A stretch of 54,426 bases of DNA, the filler included, from Sphacelaria rigidula (lineage: Eukaryota), in assembly GCA_964200075.2 (NCBI GenBank). It is 4 parts of 4 records of this genome, joined end to end, with 100 filler letters (N's around TTAATTAATTAA, not from the genome) between each part and the next. Parts side by side here need not be neighbours in the genome. Positions count along the whole stretch, not along the records: positions 27,266 to 40,797 come from CAXNAA020002826.1; positions 40,898 to 54,426 come from CAXNAA020002827.1; 2 more parts are not named here. One strand, given 5' to 3'. Positions 36,251 to 47,922 of the stretch are shown here, piece after piece. The notes below the pieces were generated by a model. The model did no database searches. It was given only the letters and a program-made list of their open reading frames with translations, and was not told where the DNA came from. A program made the translations under genes and the position numbers. Positions within the stretch are counted from its first letter, which is position 1; the number at the start of each line of letters is the position of its first letter.

Positions 36251-37640
36251 GTGATCGATAGACTTCACACCATTTTGATAATATATTCTGAACGATTTTC
36301 CCCAGCGCCCCTAGATCTCGGCCCCTGCACCACTACACCGTTCAAGATCAAAATTCCTGATGGAACGCCACCTATCGCTACTCGTCCGTACCGTACAAAC
36401 CCCCTCTTAGCGGATAAAATTCAGGCAATCCTCGACGGATACTTCTCCGCCGGTTTAATACGGCACTCAACGTCCCCGTGGGCCTCGCCACTTGTAGTCG
36501 TCTGGAAGAAGAACGGTAAGATCAGACTGACGGTCAATTACCAACGACTGAACGCAGTCACCAAAATCGCACGTCTGCCTCTTCCCCGGATAGATGAAAT
36601 CATTGACTCTCTCGGCGGGAGTAAATTATATTTGAACTTTGACATGCAATCCGGCTACCACCAACTTGTGATGGATCCGCAATCTTTAGAACTGACGGCG
36701 TTTTGTACACCGTCATGCCTGTATGAATGGTCGGTAACACCACAAGGTGCCGCCGGCGCCCCCGGGGTATTTCAACGTGTGATGTTTCGTGTGACAGATG
36801 GATTGTCTAAGTGCCATATGTACCTCGATGACGCGGTCATATACGGAAGCACCCCTTCCGAACATGTCGAGCACAGGGCATCCTTCTTCGCTCGCTTCGA
36901 ACAACACAACTTGAAGCTTGCCCCGTCTAAATCCCGCATTGGAGCGACTAGCATCAAATTCCTGGGCCATTGTATCACTCCTGAACGTCGTAGTCTAAAC
37001 CTCAACAAGGTTGCCGCACTTGCAGATGTGCCCATGCCACGGGATACATCTCAACGGCGTTCCTTGATGGGCGGTTTGAGCTACTACCGACAGTACCTGC
37101 CGAACCTAGCCCAAACCCTCAAACCTCTCACCTCCCTTCTCAAAAAAGGAGTGAAATTCGCGTTCACATCGGAAATGGAGAAAATAGTACGTCAACTACT
37201 TGACACCCTGTCGCGACCACCAATCTTGGTTTTCCCCGACTGGTCGGCCGCTGAAAATGGTTCACGTCCATTCCGACTTCACACGGATTCCTCCAAAATT
37301 GGGTTTGGCTGCACGTCGGAGCAGGAACAACCAAATGCAAGCATTCGCCTCATTGTACACTTGAGTCGAACCACCTACCCAGACGAACAAAACTGGTCGG
37401 TCATGGAGCAATAGGCCGGTGCGATTGTTTGGGGAGTGCGACGTCTCCGTCAGTACTTATATGACATTCCGTTCGTGATTTATACAGATCATAAGTCTTT
37501 GGAAAACCTCGCCAAATGGCGGAACACAACGCCCGGGTCCAACGCTGGTTTGAAATCCTGTCTTCTTACAAAATCCCACTGAAGTATCGAACAGGACCTC
37601 AAAACGCAAACGCTGATTTTCCGTCTCGCTTGTCCATCCC
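36251..37640 (+). pseudogene. Gypsy reverse transcriptase and RNase H
   Basis: SPWASPLVVVWKKNGKIRLTVNYQRLN, PLPRIDEIIDSLGG, FDMQSGYHQ, PQGAAGAPGVFQR, MYLDD, IKFLGH; RNase H LHTDSSKIGFG and YTDHKSL. In-frame TAG at 37412-37414. Confidence 0.95.
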
Positions 37641-38587
37641 AGCCCAACCCATCGACAGCTCCGCCTTGGGACGCATCACGGATCCCATCGAAGACATTGA
37701 ATATTTCATGAGCAGAAACGGTCATAGCGGTATCTACACGCCTTTCTCACTGAACAACTCATCACTTGGCATGGATGGGCTGACGACTACAGCTCACGCT
37801 TCTGTTCTAGGCAGTGTGCCACCTCAATCGTTGTGTTCAGTTTGGAGTGGAGCTAGTACAAACCCGAGCGGGTATGATCATTGCCATGCAACTGGCCATC
37901 GTATGATTTGTGCTGCAGATGTAGAACCGTCTTGTGCTGACTTTGTCCTCCCGATTCAGGTGCAAGCCTCATCTCGAATAGAACCAGGGGACGACGGGCC
38001 GCTGAAACGGTCGCCACCCTGGCGGCCGCTGGCCCGGACCTTCCTATCCCAAGTCCCATCCCGGTGCCCGATACTTTCCTTGCGCCCCCTCACCCACCGC
38101 GGTGCAAGGCTCCCAGAAGATCGACTCCATCCACCCTTCCCACCGTATCCGAAACTTCGGCTTTGCCCCCCTTCCCCGGTGATGGTGCACCCATTGATGC
38201 CTCATCATCCGATATGCTAGTCGACGTAGGATTCGAAGACGATGTTCCGCTTGAAAGTACACTAGCTGATTCTCCCGCGCATGATCCAAATATCCCCGAT
38301 TCGAGTAAACACCACCGTGACACGAACCCCTTCATTTTGGGAAACCCGTCGGATAGTGTATTTGAGGAACATTTGACCCTTTTTCCCCACGCCGATTGGG
38401 CCAGAGAACAACAAGCTGAACCTGCTTGCAGAGCGGCTATGCATGATCTCTCCAAAGGTTGTCCGTCTCGCTTTCCAGCAACCGAATTCCTCTGGCCCGT
38501 TGGGTGCCACAAAGCCCCCACACAGGATGAAGTTCCTGAACTATCGCGGAAAGGTGTGCTTTTACGGATGATGATGGTGTCATTCTC

Positions 38588-39760
38588 TTGGTTCGCCGGC
38601 CCACAGCGCCCCTTCGTGTGGGTAAACCTACCAGTAAACACGTCTGCTTGTTAGGTGATGACCCCACACGAATTTATGTGCCGATGCTGCTGCGCCCATG
38701 GGTTCTCCATGAGTGTCATTCACAAGCATCGACACATCTGGGAGTTGCTCAAACCTCCCAGATGCTTGAGCGTTTATATTATTGGATTTGTGTGGACCAG
38801 TCTGTACGTTGGTGGGTGAGGCGTTGTCTTTTGTGTCAGGCGCGAAAAACTTCACGTCAGACAGTTCGTTGGCCGATTGTTTCCATGCCACTCCCAGACG
38901 GTCCTGGTGAAGTAGTTTCGTGGGACTATTTTGGCCCCTTGCCCCTGACGGATAGTGGTCATAAGTATATTTTGTTGTTCATAGATAGATTTTGTCGACA
39001 TGCGGTGATGCACGCCGTCGCTGCCAGTAGCTATAACGCGGAAGGTACCGCTAACATTCTTATATACACGTATATTCCGCATTGGGGTATGCCCAAACGA
39101 TTGATATCCGATAACGGCCCGCACTTCGCCGGTAAGCTTTCTGCTGCGATCAGTAACCTCCTGGGTGCCCATCGTATTGTCACAAGCTCATACCATCCGT
39201 CCACGAACGGTGGGACCGAACGAGTGAACCATACGATGGCTCAAATGCCTGCAACGGTAACCAACGAACGACAAACGGACTGGGACTTGCATTTGCCCCT
39301 TATTCAGCTGAACTACAACAATTCAGTCCATGCCGCAACGGGATTAGCTCCCAACTAAGTTTATATTGGTTGTATGCCCAGATTGTCACTGACGGTGTTC
39401 GAACGGAAACCTTATGGGGGCCATCAGAGTTTAAATAGGGATATCGCGGAGTACCATACTTCTGTTAGTAATCGTCTTCATGAGGTGGTACGCGAGCAAA
39501 ACCAGATCAACGCAGCGAAAGTGGCCAGGGCAAACACTGTGTTGGATGATGTGGTCAACAATCGCCCAGTGTGGAAGGTAGATCAATGGGCATGGGTGTA
39601 CAATGATATGAAGACCGTAACTCAGGGAGCTAGCTCCAATAAGTCGTCGTTGGATAAGGTGTTGAAGTCGAAACTATCTTTGAATTGGATTGGCCCCTGG
39701 AAGATCTTGACGGTAGGGCCCTGTGATGCCGCACCCGACAATAGTTCGGTAGGCGAGTAA
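38588..39760 (+). pseudogene. Gypsy integrase (HHCC, DDE core, GPY/F-like WIGPW)
   Basis: HECH..THLG..CLLCQ; WDYFGPLP, ISDNGPHF, YHPSTNGGTERVNHT; stop at 39356-39358. Confidence 0.93.
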
Positions 39761-39785
39761 CTTTTGTATTTGGATTTTCCCACTG

Positions 39786-40567
39786 ATGAACCTGGCATCA
39801 AACCCAAACCGAGTATCGATGCTGAGATGTAAACCGTGTCTGCCCCCGCATGATGCATCCGACATGCCCAAGCAATTTCCAATGGGTCTCAGTCAGTACG
39901 TGTTGACCAGCTATGCGGTCAAAGCCCCCCCATATCACATGACGGTTGAAGATGCCAAAGGGCCCCTTGAGCGAGTAGTGGTAGATCGCATCTCGGGCCA
40001 TCAACTAGTCCGCGGTCGAGGACGTAAAGTAGCGGTTATGTACCACACTCATTGGAAGGGTGTCATGCGTGTTACATGCGAGCGTGAGGTCGACTTGCGT
40101 CACTTTCGTCGAGAAATATTGCTGTACCGGGTGAGAGATGTCGTCCAACACCGCCCGTTGAATAAGAGATATAGGACTATGCGGAAGGGAGCTGCCGCTC
40201 GGGAACTGGCACGAGAGCACTCGGCGCGGTTTGTTGTAGCAGGATATAGCCTTCTCTCGCGTTCACAATACATGCAGTCTTTTCACGGACGACGTTGCCG
40301 AAGGGAGCGTATTTTTGGTATAAGGCTTTGGATTCCCTGTGGTAGTTGAGTAAGATTCATTTGGTCGATCCTGCATCTGACAACTCCTACTTTATTCGTT
40401 TCCTCGATGACTCGAGCCCCCTTAAGATTCGCTTGGATGATGCCTACTACACCGAGGAGCCGACCGCTCGGAGGGGATCCTGGTGCCTCCAACGGCACGA
40501 CCAAGGCGAACTCGACACAGCCGTTCTACGGAACACGGACACCGCTTGGGATGTAGATGACTCATGA
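39786..40567 (+). pseudogene. Integrase C-terminal extension with a chromodomain-like fold
   Basis: VVDRISGHQLVRGRGRKVAVMYHTHWKGVMRVTCEREVDL resembles the chromodomain consensus VE.I..H........Y.V.W.G.....WE.E..L. Confidence 0.6.
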
Positions 40568-40797
40568 CGCCGCTTCCGAGTCTGCTCCCCCATTCACCTT
40601 GCGTAGGGTACCACGTTCGAGTCTCTTGTCTCGCATCGTAGCGTCGTTGGAAAACTATATTCCCCCCCCCGTAGCCTATGGTGAGGCACCCATGAGGCAG
40701 TGTATAAGCTTTGGCTGTCTCAGGAATTGGCAATATCATAAAATAAAGCAACTCAATGTAGACTGTTATCCAAATGCAAGATAATCAGTAGGCTTCG

Positions 40798-40897
40798 NNN
40801 NNNNNNNNNNNNNNNNNNNNNNNNNNNNNNNNNNNNNNNNNTTAATTAATTAANNNNNNNNNNNNNNNNNNNNNNNNNNNNNNNNNNNNNNNNNNNN
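40798..40897. other. Artificial contig-joining spacer
   Basis: Same 100-nt structure (core 40842-40853). Confidence 0.97.
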
Positions 40898-41070
40898 ACT
40901 TGCGTTGCGCTTGTATTTGATTCCAAACGGTGTCAGGCAGTATGGATGAGCGTTTTTGATCCACAACTAGCTTGTTCGAACAACCGTTGCTGCTTTCAAC
41001 GGCGATCTGATTTGAAATTTCGAGCAACAAATGACCCAAAATAACCCCCCCCCCTATCGTAGGATGACTC
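40898..41070. repeat. End of the same interspersed repeat seen at 100-287 and 27366-27391
   Basis: Ends cccccccccctatcgtaggatgactc. Confidence 0.65.
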
Positions 41071-41168
41071 CTGTACTCAAACGTCCTTCCTTAAGCCATG
41101 AAAAATAACACAAGTCATCATGTCCCGTTTTTCGGGTTCATTATGCCCTAGCGAGATCCCACACCGAA

Positions 41169-41583
41169 TAACAGACAAGAATTGTATGAATGAAGTTGTG
41201 CGATGAAATGAGGGTCAAGCCCGACACAGTGCTCCCCCCAACCTTACAGAGATGGTGCCCAATGACCTTTTATCGGCCCAATGCCCCTCGATCGCGTAGA
41301 TACTTTTTCAGCGCGTTTTATCGACCCTGCGAGCTTACAACGCTGACCAAAACAGTCATTTTCCATGATTTTTAGGGGGGATGATATCAGGGGAAACGAC
41401 GGTTTCGATCAACGCTGTAAGCCCACAGAGTCGGTAAAATACGCTCAAAAGTATCTACGCGATCGAGGGGCATGAGGGCGACAAAAATATCATCGGGCAC
41501 CATTTCTGAATGTGTGGGGAAAGCATTGTGTTGGGCTTGAACCTCACTTCATCGTACAACTTCACATTATAGAACTGTCTGTT
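41169..41583. mobile_element. Foldback/MITE with ~200-bp diverged inverted arms
   Basis: atgcccctcgatcgcgtagatactttt is mirrored by aaaagtatctacgcgatcgaggggcat; tgaagttgtgcgatgaaatgagg is mirrored by cctcacttcatcgtacaacttca. Confidence 0.8.
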
Positions 41584-41629
41584 AAATTTCAAAACACAAG
41601 TAGTAAGTCTACTAGGTCGTTCTGTTCGA

Positions 41630-41778
41630 CTTTTTCTGTTCCCTCTTCATCTTCAGCGAGTGGTTCAGCTTTGTTTTTCCTTGGGTACGTCTGTCATGTG
41701 ACCACGGTTGTATCCCCGGGGGTCATTCAAAGTGCGACCATCAATCAACATCAATACATCAATCAATCAATCAATCAA
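41630..41778 (+). mobile_element. 3' end of an RTE-like LINE/SINE with a (CAAT)n tail, same family as 28530-28651
   Basis: ttttctgttcc..cttggg..cgtct.tcatg.gaccac.g.tg.atccc.gggg..aaagtgcgac followed by caatcaatcaatcaa. Confidence 0.75.
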
Positions 41779-44700
41779 AGTACTAAACCTGGGCAGATTA
41801 GTGACCTGAAAAATACTGCTCCGAATTTCGATCGACCCGGCTTCTAAATGCCCCGCTGTTACCTCAATTTTGAGAGTTTGACATCAAAATTGGGTACGGA
41901 GAATCAAAAGCGCGTAATAATGTATATACTGTATATATGTATCGGGACAGTAAATGTTTTCATCTTCATGAGTCAAAGGTAACGTCCAGATTCAGTTTTC
42001 AGTGAAATGCCGTTAAGTCATACAAACAAAAAATAATCCCGTCCCGAATTTATTATTTTATTATGCTATACTTGTTCTTCGTACCAAGTTGTAAAGTTTC
42101 ACCCTCGAATCGAGGTGGGGCGGGGCCTGCAAACTCGATATTCGCGTCTAGGCCGGACCAGCTCTAGAAGATAGGCGCTTCAATCTAATCATCCGCCAAG
42201 GTGATGAAGCTCGATATCAAGCACGCGGCGCTGGGGAACCCCAAATCGTTCTTTATCTCGTCACAGCTCCACAAGCGATATTCGTGCAAACTGTCGCTGG
42301 TAAAATCAGTACAGCAGCCGTTTAGCTTGGATGTAGAGATATGCGGAGGAGAGGCGGGGATGCACAGATAGTGCATGGTAAATGTACGTCGTTCATGCCC
42401 TTCCTCACCACACGAAGATCATGTGGTAATTATAATGACAACGCCAAGCGGTGGGGACACATATGGAGATTACCACAGCATACTCCGAACAATAAATTGA
42501 ATGCCTTCGTTTTCCTTGTAATACAACAGCCGACTTGGCGCCCATTCCACCGGATAGACAGTTTCGTTTCGAAAACGGCGGAAAATATATTATCGGACTA
42601 CATATTTCTTCTGCGCAAGGGTCTCCCTCTGCAATGGTTAAGCTTCGACGTTAACTCTGTAGACCTTGCGGCCAGAAATGCGGATGATGCTTGCAGCGGA
42701 CGATCAGGCAGCTGCGAGGAGATGTGCCGTGATACCGGGATCGGCCAAGGTTATGACCAAGGCGTCCCGTCGGTGTATCGTGCTAAGGTAATATATCAGA
42801 AGTCAATGAACGAAAATCGCGAGGGGCGGTACCACTGTTTTATTCTTCGTAGGGGATAGACTTGAGTACAGTAGTGACACTTTCTACGACACCCTCCCCC
42901 CGAAACCAGCTAAAAGTGTCACGAAAAAAATGGCCATACAGCGCCTGGTGCTTGGGTTCGGGTTGGATGAAGCTCATAATATTGGCATTATTGGCGAGAA
43001 CGAACCCAAGCGTGAGAATTCCCAGGTGCTCGTTGTGCTCGGCTTTTCCCATTTCGATTTACGCGAAGATTTCGCCTCCCAAAACCATGCACTTTTGGGA
43101 GGGGGCTATCGTAGAAAGTGTATAGTATGAGAAAGAACGAACCCGGGACTGTAACCGCAAGAGTGACGCTGTTGATGCGGGAATAATGCGCTTCTGAAAA
43201 GTCCAAGAACGTAGTTGTTCGCATGGATTATGAAGATTATTACTTTCAGTGAGCCAGATGGCGATGGCGAAGGGCACATGGGGTCGACAGGAAAAGCACT
43301 GCCCTCGCTTGTACCGGTTTACGATATCGGCTGGGGCTCATTTCCCGCTCGCGCTCATCATGGCAATGCACAGCAGTCAGGCCAAGATACGGTATTTCTT
43401 CGCCGCGGAGGTTCCATGCGACAGTGAGGCCCACTGCCATCGTACAGTCCGTAAATCAGAATGGGGAGTGTGACCGCGAAACTCACCGAGCACGCTCCGT
43501 GGAAGTAAACCTCAACGCGTCACCAGTGAGGTTGAGATTTCTCATGTTTTTTCCCGCTGAGGCGCTCCAGCAGGCAGCAAACAACTGTGACTTCTGGTTC
43601 TCCCCTTTGTTGCCCGCCATACCGGTTATCTCTCACCGGTAGAAGTCTTCAATCCCCAGAGATCAACACCTTTCTTTCTCAGGTGACGCCTATAATTTTG
43701 GCAATGTGGATTGGATCAGAACTCCCGTACCGCGTTGACTGCCGTCAAACTTTCTCTGCCACCGACTAAATATTCACGTTTTACGGGGCGAAATTCAGAT
43801 ATTCCTCACGAAAGTCCGATATCTGCCGGGGTTTGAACTCTCCATTCCATCCTAATCGGGTTCGAGATGTACCAGTAAGACGACCGAGGCGCGACTTCTG
43901 ACAATGATTGTGCGCACATGGGGCTGCAATTCTGGTCACACCTTTACCAGGGGTTAACCGACACATGATGGACTATATTCATCACACCGTTCGACAAATC
44001 TCCCACGAAACCCCCGAAACTTCGACTGCACGACTCGGTGGCATAACCAATCCACGTCTTCGAGAGCAGGAACAATATTTTGCTATTGCCTTCATACCGT
44101 GCGCCGAGCGAGCGGAAGAGGAATGGCGGCAGGAGCAAGACCGCCGCGTGCAACAACAACAACAGGGGGAAGACCGGGCTCTGAGAGAAACCGAGGAGGC
44201 GATTGCTGCCGAGGCGAGGGGTTGTCTTTCAGTGAAACAGCTGGAAATGGAACCTCATCACCTGGGTTTCGACCGTGAGAGAAAACGAACGGTAGCGATT
44301 TGATTGTCATCGAGTTGACGAATAGGGCAAGAGTTGAGTCTGCCGTTAGTGCCATACGCTGACCCTTGCTATAACAGTGCTTTATCAAGAATAATTTTAA
44401 AATGGTTTAACAATGTGTGAAGCCACATCATCTGTGCATGGTAAAGAGGAAATCACTGGTTTCCCGCTTTTTCCAGGAAACGATGCCGGATCAGGGAGCG
44501 GGGAGGAATTGCACGGACTTGCAACTGATGGCACCACTAGAGACGAAAATTGCGATACCTCACATGATGTGGAGCAAACTGGCATTGAGGCCGTACCAGC
44601 TACCGAGGACTACATCGATCAGGTCGAGAAGGACACTAACGGTATACCCGACGAGGTTGATGACACTGGAGCGGCTAGTGCTGCGAGTGGAGAGCCAGGC

Positions 44701-47488
44701 CTCAACGCTGCTACCGAGAGTGTAGTCGGCGAGGCCGAGAACTCCGTAGAACACATCAAGGTGCGTTGCCCACGTACGACAAGACCAAATACATTAACTG
44801 TGCGGTTTGGAACAAACAGACCACCCACCGTTGTCAAATATTGCATTTCGTTCAAACGAGCCGTCCCAACGTTGCCTGATGCTGCATCAAGTGTGCAGAA
44901 CTTCCCCGGATGTTGTCAATTTCTGCATCCAGCTACGATCGAATTATCGAGACCTCGCCAAGGAGCTATTTCGTTCGAGACGACGTCCGCACAATTTGTC
45001 AGAAATGATATTCAGTTTGAAGCCTCTCTCCCAACTTCGTTATATTTCCCTTTAGTCTGAGCGACTTTCCCAATCCGTGCAGGACATCTGCACTTGTACC
45101 CAGTAAGAGCAGGTGGGAAGAACGCTCAGAGTTGTTTCATAGTTCTATAACGGTAAAACGTTTTGGCAGCACGTTTGGTCGTTGGAGACGTTGGTGAACT
45201 AGTACCAGGTCTCGCAACTTTGGGGAGCTCGTTATTGGCTACATTTTTCCATATAGATACAAAAATGCTGTAAAAGTTGAGATACGGTAGTCAACGTTCA
45301 AATTATTATAGATGTACTAAACTGATATTTTCGGCAGCCCATCTATCATCTTCACTCGAGAGTGTTTGAATTGGAAGATGTTGATAGAATAACAAGATGC
45401 TCGAGTCATGACACGGTAGAGGTTGCACATTTAGGCCCAGATGTTTCTCATTCAAGGGCCACTGAACTTTGGAGCTATACGAGAAAATGGGTCAGGACAT
45501 TTCTGTTTCAAATGTTTCTGGGATATCCTTTGCCCGTTGAGATGCCAATCGTGGGCGTGCTCTCAAAAACTTCATGAGCCGTTATTCGGATGAGATAGAG
45601 GGCTTCCAACAATGAAAACCTCAGAAAATATTTGTGCATCCCCACCATAACACCACTCGTTCATGGGAAATTTGTTCATTTCTTTGCTGCCAGGGCAATA
45701 AAAGATAGTCTTACGTCTTTAGAGGTATTGTTGATCATAGTGGGTTCGAAACACGTTTTCGGCTGCAGTGCAACGGGTAGATGAAAGTCTTGGAAGCTAT
45801 ATTGAGTGATTGTTCACCGTAACGATCGGCGTTGGAACAGTCGACCAGGACATATGTATATATATAATTTGAAACCGGTGCCTAACTGCGAGAGCTAGGT
45901 GAGCCCATCCTGGATTTACGGAATTCGCCGTATGCAGGTGTTATCTCAAAATGACCATAATACCAATGGGGAAGAACAAAGCGCGAACGACAACGCATTG
46001 CCGGGCGTCACACCAGATTGCAAGAGTCAGGATATATCACAGTCGACATGGAAGTGGGGCGACACCTATGGCGCTGTAGACAGCGTTAGCATCAACTTAC
46101 TGAAGGCAGCGCTATCAGATGAACTGCTCATGAGCGACACGGAAGATGCGGAATGCGCCAACAGTACCATAAGTCGGCGACGAAGCGAGAGGCACTCGTC
46201 GCGTACGAGCACACTCGGATCTACCGCCGAAGTGACTATCGCCCAGAGTGGCTGGGTGTCCTGGATGCTGAGGAGGATGGGTTTACTTGAAAAGGTGTGC
46301 TTGTTGCTACTGCGGCCTCAGCCGTGCTCCGGAGAGATAGTACCCCTTTTTCACAGGGGAAGTACATCTATGGGTAGTTTCTTGTCCTTATTCGCGTCAA
46401 TGGGTGGTGCGCTGGCTGTTATCGGTAACATAAAACGACATAGATGATTATGGGAGCCCAAGTTCACCAGCGCGCACTATCGGTCAAATAATTAATTGGA
46501 GGAACTCGCTCCTACAAATGAATGTGGTTCTGTACTTTTAATTTGATCGAATTCTGATTCGTCCTGCTCACATTACCTATTGTGAGCTGATCCCGACATT
46601 TCAAAGCAAACGTTTTCAATTGAACATACTATGGACAAACATATACTTCTCAATAGCGCTAAGGCTAAGGCTGACGGTCTAGTTCGTTTGATTTTGCGCC
46701 GCGTTTCTAGAATTTCAGCCAAGCTATCACTTTGGCATACTGACGCGCAAGTTGAATGGATACCCACTGGCTTTGGCAATCTGCGTGCGTGACTCAGAAT
46801 AAGCTGGTCTTATTTCGATGGTTGGTGCGTGATAAAGGTTGCTCAACAATCGGTCCATTTTTTCTTTTTTCTCCTCTTTTCCTTGCAATTACGGGCGCGT
46901 AAAAGGTCGGCCGCTATGCCCCCGTTCCCCCGCCGACTTTTAATCCTTTCTCCCCGCGCACGTGTTGCGACTTCGGCATAAGAAGGCCATATTGTGGGAT
47001 TCAGCCAAAATCCAAGTATTATTTCAGCAAGAACATATAACAAGTGACCAGGTACGATCAAGCACCTCCCATGACGTGACGGACGTTTCTCACGTATTCG
47101 TCCTTCTGGCCAGGTAGAAGGCTGCTACAAAACGGAGGCAGAGGCATTCAGGAAAGCGGTTGAAATGCTGGTGAGTTTGACCGCGGGTCATGACATCCAG
47201 AGACAAACAAGATCGGGTCGAATTATTTTGAGCATGTACAAACATCCTTGAAGAGCGGGCGCCCCGCCTAATCGTTCCGTGAGCATGGTAAGCATTGCCC
47301 CTTACTCGTCTGACATCCAGTGTAGAGTATTCAAGCTTCATAACCATGGCTGTGTCGATGTGAAATCCTGAAACGGTGGATCAACTCATGTGGGTAAGGA
47401 GGACCCAGCTTCGTAGCAGTCGCAGGAATATGTCGGAAGCGCACAATACCATGCGATATGGGCGTCTTTACTGCCAAGAGCAAAAACA

Positions 47489-47922
47489 CGCGATCTTACA
47501 AATTGGAGATGGATCTTTTATTAGGGATGAGAAACCCGGAGAATTTAAATCTTCGTATCCACACCAAATCTTCGAAATATGGCTCCATTTCTTCACCTAC
47601 TGATAGCTATTGACAACTGCTACACGCCATTGAAGTTTGGATTTCGATCACCGAAATGTTGGGATCCTAGGTGAAAAACCAATTTCGGTGCCATTTTGGC
47701 GTCCGTTCGGACACCCGAAATTCCCCATATTGTTTTTTTACCTAGGACCCAAACATTTCGGTGATCGAAATCCAAATTTCAATGGCGTGTAGCAGTTGTC
47801 AATAGCTATCAGTAGATGAAGAAATGGAACCATATTTCGAAGATTCGGTGTAGATACGAAGATTTAACTCTCCGAGTTTCTCATCCCCAATAAAAGATCC
47901 ATCTCCAATTTGTACGATCCCG
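47489..47922. mobile_element. Well-preserved ~434-bp foldback element/MITE
   Basis: ~195-bp arms with long perfect blocks (ctactgatagctattgacaactgctacacgccattgaa and its reverse complement; tttggatttcgatcaccgaaatgtt); the centre is also partly palindromic. Confidence 0.85.

Larger units (their letters stand above)
32900..40700 (+). mobile_element. Decayed Ty3/Gypsy LTR retrotransposon with a chromodomain-like C-terminus; boundaries approximate, no LTR pair recognised
   Basis: Domain order PR-RT-RH-INT-chromo over ORF fragments 35259-40570; multiple stops and frameshifts; the gag region is too decayed to delimit. Confidence 0.9.
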
